64,000 bases of DNA from positions 16,019 to 80,018 of the IMG/VR virus record IMGVR_UViG_3300021964_000039. One strand, written 5' to 3'. Source of the stretch: a virus. Of the stretch, positions 58,671-64,000 are shown in pieces; the first letter of the stretch is position 1, and every line of letters starts with the position of its first letter. The position numbers and the translations under genes were made by a program. The notes below the pieces were generated by a model. The model saw only the letters and a list, made by a program, of their open reading frames with translations. It was not told the origin of the DNA and ran no database searches.

Positions 58671-59654
58671 ATGAGTGTAATAAGTGATACAGTTCTGACA
58701 TACTTACCAGCCAAGAGGAAACAAACTCCTAGTGGTTGGCTATCCTTTAACGCACAGTGTTGCCATCACAATGGACACAGTGCAGACACTCGCGGTCGTG
58801 GTGGCTTGATTGCTAACCCAGATGGCGGCATTAGCTATCACTGCTTTAACTGCGGCTTCAAAGCAAGCTGGCAACCGGGCAGGAACTTCTCACACAAGTT
58901 GCGTAAACTCTTACAATGGATGGGAGCACCTGACGATGTAATCAACAAGGTGGCACTTGATGTAATGAGAGAGAATGAAGGCGTACAAGCAAAAGAACGT
59001 ATTGCTGAACTGCCTTCATTCAATACTGTCCCGTTGCCAGAAGATGCTGTCAAGATCACAGACATTACAGACTTTACAAAATTTAGTATGGCTGTACTTG
59101 AATATATGGCTCAACGAAGTCTGAACGTAGATGATACAGACTATTATTGGAGCCCAAGCCTAGGGTACCGTGATAGATTGATCATACCCTTCTATTACGA
59201 AGGTAGGGTGGTAGGTTGGACTGGACGTTCAGTAGTACCTGACAAGAAACCCAAGTACCTAACAGAAGTACAGCCTGGATACGTATACGGACTAGATGAG
59301 CAACGTCATAGCAAAGTGTTTGCTATTGTATGTGAAGGTCAGCTTGACGCTATACACGTAGAAGGTTGCGCACTAGGAGGGTCAGAAATTTCAGATCAAC
59401 AAGCAATGCTACTCAACAGACTACAGAAGCAGATCATTGTAGTACCTGATAGAGACAAGGCAGGGTCCAAGCTCGTTGAACGAGCAATTGAACTAGGGTA
59501 CTCAGTAAGTATGCCAGAGTGGGCACCAGACGTAAATGATATTGGAGATGCTGTTGATAAGTACGGTAGACTATATACACTGCATAGCATTGCTACTAGC
59601 ACTGATGAGTCTCCTTTGAAAATTAGATTGCGAGCAAAAAAATGGTTTACTTAA
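58671..59654 (+). CDS. gp61: DNA primase
   Basis: Zn ribbon (CC..YHCFNC), RLIIPF, GR, KY, TOPRIM motifs CEG.LDA and PDRD.AG. Confidence 0.9.
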   Translation: MSVISDTVLTYLPAKRKQTPSGWLSFNAQCCHHNGHSADTRGRGGLIANPDGGISYHCFNCGFKASWQPGRNFSHKLRKLLQWMGAPDDVINKVALDVMRENEGVQAKERIAELPSFNTVPLPEDAVKITDITDFTKFSMAVLEYMAQRSLNVDDTDYYWSPSLGYRDRLIIPFYYEGRVVGWTGRSVVPDKKPKYLTEVQPGYVYGLDEQRHSKVFAIVCEGQLDAIHVEGCALGGSEISDQQAMLLNRLQKQIIVVPDRDKAGSKLVERAIELGYSVSMPEWAPDVNDIGDAVDKYGRLYTLHSIATSTDESPLKIRLRAKKWFT

Positions 59655-59764
59655 AGAAATTATGGAATATTGTATCTTGGCCTTATGCTAAGATTAAAGA
59701 AGAAATAGAATTTAGACGAAAGGTAAAGGAACTCCGCAAGAAGGATCCGTTTATATACAAATGA
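59642..59764 (+). CDS. Small basic protein, 40 aa (not in the ORF track)
   Basis: MVYLKKLW...ELRKKDPFIYK*; overlaps both neighbours. Confidence 0.55.
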   Translation: MVYLKKLWNIVSWPYAKIKEEIEFRRKVKELRKKDPFIYK

Positions 59765-60711
59765 TAACTTGGGGTATGGTAGGTAACAGCCATGACGCTA
59801 GTCTAGCTGTATTTGATGATGATAGATTATTATGGGCAAGTCTTGCAAAAGATTTCTCCGGAATTAGTAATGACCCTAACTTCAATTGGACACAATTAGA
59901 AGTTGCACGACAGAGCTATGGACCGCCTTCTAAGGTTATCTGGTATGAGCGTCCACTACTCAAGACACTGCGTCAATGGAGAGCAGGACAGGGTTGGTTA
60001 CTAGAGGAAAATAACATAAAGAAATATCTTCAACGTTGGGGCATTGATTGCAAAATTGAGTATACTCAGCATCATGAATCTCATGCGGCTTATGCTTACT
60101 ATACACAGCCTCATGATGATTGTGCTATTATTTGCTTAGATTCAATAGGTGAATTTGAGACCCTAACCATATGGCACGGAAAGAACGGCAAGCTCAAGAA
60201 GATATACAGCCAAGGGTATCCACATAGCCTAGGACTTTTCTATAGTGCTATGACACAACGCTTAGGCCTTGTACCACAACGTGACGAATATCTTGTAGCC
60301 CAGATGGGAGAAAAAGGCGACCCTCATAAATTTATTGATATATTAAGACAAGATATTATAAATTTCAAATATGGGTCTCCAAAGATAACATTGAAAGAAA
60401 ATTTACATAGAGGGTGTCGTTGGTGGATGCCCGAAATATTAGAAAATGATTATAATAACTTAGCTGCTTCTGTACAACTAATTTTTGAATATTGTATAGT
60501 AAATCTATCGCACTATACCAAAAAACAAACAGGGTCAGAAAATTTAGCTCTAGCTGGCGGTGGAGCCCTAAATAGACAAGCAGTTGATAATATATCAAAA
60601 CAATGGAATCATGTATGGGTTCCAAAGAATCCGGGAGACCCCGGAAGTTGCATAGGCGCTGTACTTGCAAAACGGCAAACATTTGTTGATATATCCAAAG
60701 TTTGGTATTGA
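59761..60711 (+). CDS. Carbamoyltransferase (NodU/CmcH) N-terminal Kae1-like domain only
   Basis: HDAS, HHESHAAYAY, LD..GE, SLGLFY, EY, AGG.ALN, PGD.G..IGA; no C-terminal YrdC-like domain. Confidence 0.85.
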   Translation: MITWGMVGNSHDASLAVFDDDRLLWASLAKDFSGISNDPNFNWTQLEVARQSYGPPSKVIWYERPLLKTLRQWRAGQGWLLEENNIKKYLQRWGIDCKIEYTQHHESHAAYAYYTQPHDDCAIICLDSIGEFETLTIWHGKNGKLKKIYSQGYPHSLGLFYSAMTQRLGLVPQRDEYLVAQMGEKGDPHKFIDILRQDIINFKYGSPKITLKENLHRGCRWWMPEILENDYNNLAASVQLIFEYCIVNLSHYTKKQTGSENLALAGGGALNRQAVDNISKQWNHVWVPKNPGDPGSCIGAVLAKRQTFVDISKVWY

Positions 60712-60736
60712 CGTAAACAACTAAAGACTATATAAT
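60708..60736 (+). promoter_or_regulatory. Sigma70 promoter (leaderless) for helicase
   Basis: TTGACG-17-TATAAT, then 6 nt, then ATG. Confidence 0.8.
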
Positions 60737-60742
60737 AAACAC

Positions 60743-62167
60743 ATGACTAGACAAAATACAGATTACGGCTACGACATACAAAAAGTTTATTTAGAAATGA
60801 TGCTAACAGACGCAGAGTCGTTTGTCAGATGTCAAGCAGTTTTTGACGATTCTGTTTTCGATAGAAAGCTACAACCGTCTGCAAAATTTATAAATGAATA
60901 CGTAGTAGAACATAATGCTATGCCTACATTCGATATGGTAAATGCTGCAACTGACAGTAATTTAAAGCATCCAGGTGAATTAGCAGAAAATCATTATGAC
61001 TGGCTATTAATGGAGTTTGAAACATTTAGTAGACATAAAGCATTAGAAGCAGCTATTCTTACTAGTGCTGATTTGCTTGAGAAAGGTGAATATGGTCCAG
61101 TTGAAGACTTGGTTAAGAAAGCTGTTCAAATTGGTCTTCAAAAAGATCTTGGTACTGATTATTGGGCAGATCCTAAGAGCCGTTTGGAAGCGATCAAAGA
61201 CAAGAACGGACAAGTAAGCACAGGCTGGCCTGCACTTGATAAGAAATTATTTGGTGGGTTCAACAGAGGAGAGCTGAATATATTTGCAGGTGGTAGTGGT
61301 TCGGGTAAGAGTTTGTTCTTAGCAAACTTAGGTGTGAACTGGGCACTGGCAGGATTGAATGTAATCTATTTGACATTTGAACTTTCAGAGAACTTGGTGA
61401 GTATGCGTGTAGATAGTATGACTACAGATATTCCAAGCAGAGACATCTTCAAGAGCATCGACGATGTTGAAATGAAAGTTAAGATGATTGGTAAGAAGTC
61501 AGGTGCGTTCCAAGTTAAGTATATGCCAACAGGCAAGAATGCAAACGATATACGTTCGTATTTGAAAGAATATGAGATTAAGACAGGCAAGAAAGTAGAT
61601 GTGCTACTTGTAGACTACTTGGATTTGATGCATCCTATTGCGGCTAAGATTAGTGCAGAAAACTTGTTTGTTAAGGACAAATATGTGTCAGAAGAACTAC
61701 GTAACTTGGCTATGGAACTAAACTGTTTGTTTGTTACAGCATCGCAGTTGAACAGAAGCTCAGTAGAAGAGATTGAATTTGATCACTCGCACATCTCGGG
61801 TGGTATATCTAAGATCAATACAGCAGACAACTTGATTGGTATCTTTACTAGTAGAGCTATGCGAGAGCGTGGGCGTTATCAGATACAGTTAATGAAGACA
61901 CGTTCAAGTTCGGGTGTCGGACAAAAGATTGATCTAGAGTTTGATGTAGATAGTTTACGTATACGTGACTTAGGTGAAGATGAAGAATATCAAGAATTTA
62001 ATAAGCGTAAGTCAACAGTGTTTGATCAAATTAAACGAGGCGGGCAAACTCCAGAACCTGAGCAAATAAGAGAAGATCCTAGCGAAGGTGATACAGTAGG
62101 AAAAATTAGAGCGCAAACAGATAGTACAAAGTTAAGACAGTTTCTTAATAATTTAGGTGATGAATAA
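60743..62167 (+). CDS. gp41: Replicative DnaB-like helicase
   Basis: STGW..LD, GGSGSGKS, VDYLD, TASQLNR, TAD, KTR. Confidence 0.92.
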   Translation: MTRQNTDYGYDIQKVYLEMMLTDAESFVRCQAVFDDSVFDRKLQPSAKFINEYVVEHNAMPTFDMVNAATDSNLKHPGELAENHYDWLLMEFETFSRHKALEAAILTSADLLEKGEYGPVEDLVKKAVQIGLQKDLGTDYWADPKSRLEAIKDKNGQVSTGWPALDKKLFGGFNRGELNIFAGGSGSGKSLFLANLGVNWALAGLNVIYLTFELSENLVSMRVDSMTTDIPSRDIFKSIDDVEMKVKMIGKKSGAFQVKYMPTGKNANDIRSYLKEYEIKTGKKVDVLLVDYLDLMHPIAAKISAENLFVKDKYVSEELRNLAMELNCLFVTASQLNRSSVEEIEFDHSHISGGISKINTADNLIGIFTSRAMRERGRYQIQLMKTRSSSGVGQKIDLEFDVDSLRIRDLGEDEEYQEFNKRKSTVFDQIKRGGQTPEPEQIREDPSEGDTVGKIRAQTDSTKLRQFLNNLGDE

Positions 62168-62592
62168 TGCTACGAAAAATTAAATCTACAGAAAAACATT
62201 TGATAGTAAATGATCCTGTCAGACCGCACATAGAATTTGAGTGGAGAGTTTCAAACGGCAGAGAAATTTATATATTAGAAGATGATAATACACAAGAAAT
62301 TAAGGCTGTTATTTGTGTTGCATATACAGATGAAATTCCTACAAATGAAGATGATATGAATAATGTAGGTGATAAAGTTGCTGTGTTCTATACTGTATGG
62401 AGTCATGCAAAAGGAGCAGGTAGAGATATTGTTTTCGCTGTAGCAAATCATATTAAAGAAAATAAACCAAAAGTCGTGTATTATGTTACACTAAGTCCTT
62501 TAACTGATATGGCCAGAAACTTCCATATTAAGAATGGAGCAAAGTTTTTGAATAGACATTTAGATTGTCAAAACTTTGAATATTATGTATAA
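62167..62592 (+). CDS. GNAT-fold protein with malonyl-CoA decarboxylase-like motifs
   Basis: AVFYTVWS..KGAGR, TLSP, FHIKNGA. Confidence 0.55.
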   Translation: MLRKIKSTEKHLIVNDPVRPHIEFEWRVSNGREIYILEDDNTQEIKAVICVAYTDEIPTNEDDMNNVGDKVAVFYTVWSHAKGAGRDIVFAVANHIKENKPKVVYYVTLSPLTDMARNFHIKNGAKFLNRHLDCQNFEYYV

Positions 62593-63284
62593 TGAAGTTT
62601 ATAGATGAAAAGAAAACATTTGAACTTAATGAAAATGCAAAATTAGAAATTGTATACATTAACGATAGTCCCTATCATTATATTCAAATTACCGACTTCT
62701 ACAAACATCCAAAGTTAGTAAACGAATTAGCACACACTATTCCTTTATCCAATGACCCTGATATGGCAGGAGGTCTACCGACTGGTCCAGACAGTGGTAG
62801 AATAAATGCTACTTACAATTTAACACACTTTACAGAATACTTTGGTGATATAATTAGTGAACACTTTGAGCCTACACTATCTCTTAGACCAGGAAAAGAA
62901 GAGAGTTTGAGAGACTGTCTTAGTAGAACAACATTTATGATCAACGTAATGACAGGTAACAATCTGCCTGTTAGATGTCCCCATGTAGATACATTTGAAG
63001 ATGGCTTTTATGCAGCCAGCATAGGTTTAACACCACCTAGCGAATGTAAAGGAGGCACAGCATTCTATAACTTTACAGGTGAATTTCCTTCACCTGAAGC
63101 AGCAGTTGAAGATATTACAGAATATATGTCGGATAGTGCTGGTAATTGGAAAATGATCCATTTAGCAGAGCTTGCTTGGAATAAGTGTATTATCTATCCT
63201 AGTAACTGGTGGCATCATGCATATGTAAAGCCTGGCTGGTTTACAAACGGCAGTTATAGACTAACACAACAAATGTTTATCTAA
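62592..63284 (+). CDS. 2OG-Fe(II) oxygenase-like protein (DUF6445-type)
   Basis: PHVD (HxD), GGTAFY, N..I.Y....H, RLTQ. Confidence 0.75.
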   Translation: MKFIDEKKTFELNENAKLEIVYINDSPYHYIQITDFYKHPKLVNELAHTIPLSNDPDMAGGLPTGPDSGRINATYNLTHFTEYFGDIISEHFEPTLSLRPGKEESLRDCLSRTTFMINVMTGNNLPVRCPHVDTFEDGFYAASIGLTPPSECKGGTAFYNFTGEFPSPEAAVEDITEYMSDSAGNWKMIHLAELAWNKCIIYPSNWWHHAYVKPGWFTNGSYRLTQQMFI

Positions 63285-63377
63285 TTTGTCAAAATTATCT
63301 TTGTGGTATTTTCAAAAGCTAAATACTCTGCGTTGGAAGCAACGACTAGGCATTTAGAAAAACACAAAGAGGCTAAC

Positions 63378-64000
63378 ATGGCAACAGATTTAGAAAACAT
63401 ACAAAGGCTATTAGATAGATTCAAAAGGCCTATCCCACCCGGAGACGAATATCAAAATCGTTTAGCTGAAGAATTTGAGCTCATTCTCTCTCAGCGATTC
63501 ACTGATTACTTCCTACAAATCTGCGACATTATAGACATTACCTCGGACCTAACTCACATGACACGTGGGTCAGCAGGGTCGAGCCTAGTCTGCTACTTGT
63601 TGGGTATTACAGATGTAGATCCAATAGAGTGGCGCATACCTGTGGCACGGTTCATGAACCCTTTGAGGGACGACTTACCGGACGTGGATATAGACTTTGA
63701 ACATCATCGACAGACGGAAGTCATGGAAAGGATATTCCGCAAATGGCCCGGCAAGACCGCACGACTAAGCAACTACGTCACCTACAAAGAAAAGTCAGCT
63801 CGTAGAGAAGCTGCTAAACGTTTAGGTGCCACAGGTAATCTTCCACGCAACTTTACCTACGAATCAGTAGGAGTTGATCCCAAAGAAGCCAAGCGTATAG
63901 AACGCAAGCTCATGGGCAAGAAGAGAGCAATATCAAAACACTGTGGAGGCATCGTAATGTTCACTAGGCAACTACCTAAATCACTAATATCACAAGACAA
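63378..64000 (+). CDS. dnaE: PHP-less DnaE-like DNA polymerase, runs off the window end (not in the ORF track)
   Basis: RL.EE..LI....F.DYFL, TRGSAGSSLVCYLLGIT.VDP, RFMNP.R.DLPDVDIDF, SKHCGG. Confidence 0.9.
   Translation, partial: MATDLENIQRLLDRFKRPIPPGDEYQNRLAEEFELILSQRFTDYFLQICDIIDITSDLTHMTRGSAGSSLVCYLLGITDVDPIEWRIPVARFMNPLRDDLPDVDIDFEHHRQTEVMERIFRKWPGKTARLSNYVTYKEKSARREAAKRLGATGNLPRNFTYESVGVDPKEAKRIERKLMGKKRAISKHCGGIVMFTRQLPKSLISQD

Noticed and set aside
33712-62167. Inteins or introns in terminase, UvsX, UvsW, primase or helicase
   Set aside because: All are of normal length with contiguous motifs, and no C...HN splice signatures were seen.
1-64000. tRNA, rRNA, CRISPR array, IS element, integrase
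   Set aside because: Intergenic gaps are nearly all under about 140 bp and show no cloverleaf, repeat-spacer pattern or terminal inverted repeats; no transposase or integrase ORF was found.
1-64000. Stop-codon reassignment
   Set aside because: Core genes are full length in the standard code, and TAA, TAG and TGA all end genes at sensible places.

Overview
This is a 64-kb, AT-rich, gene-dense segment of a large T4-like myovirus (Caudoviricetes), probably aquatic. It uses the standard genetic code. I saw no rRNA, tRNA, CRISPR array, IS element or intron. Left to right it contains: (1) an enzyme cluster (amidinotransferase, two radical SAM proteins, GT-like proteins, GmhB); (2) tail fibre/baseplate-type genes, including a tandemly duplicated two-gene cassette and a 1939-aa repeat protein; (3) an inverted hldE-hldD-cupin ADP-heptose operon; (4) neck, tail and packaging genes (gp15, gp14, gp13, gp18, gp19, gp4, gp16, gp17) with putative internal head proteins; (5) gp32-uvsX-uvsY; (6) an 11-gene glycosyl/methyl/sulfotransferase island; (7) uvsW, an NCS2 permease, a cysC-DUF2061-nucleotidyltransferase module, primase, a carbamoyltransferase half, helicase and two PHP-less DnaE-like genes. 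The most notable observations are: a putative head-packaged polyprotein with cassettes bounded by Glu sites and DNA micro-repeats; a possible non-canonical PAPS module feeding a heptose/sulfate glycan system; a 190-aa mini-DnaE that keeps all three catalytic aspartates; fixed-spacing leaderless promoters (TAAATA-N5-ATG and -10-N6-ATG); and structured leaders before gp32, uvsX and dnaE. All functional calls come from motif recognition by eye; no database searches were run.
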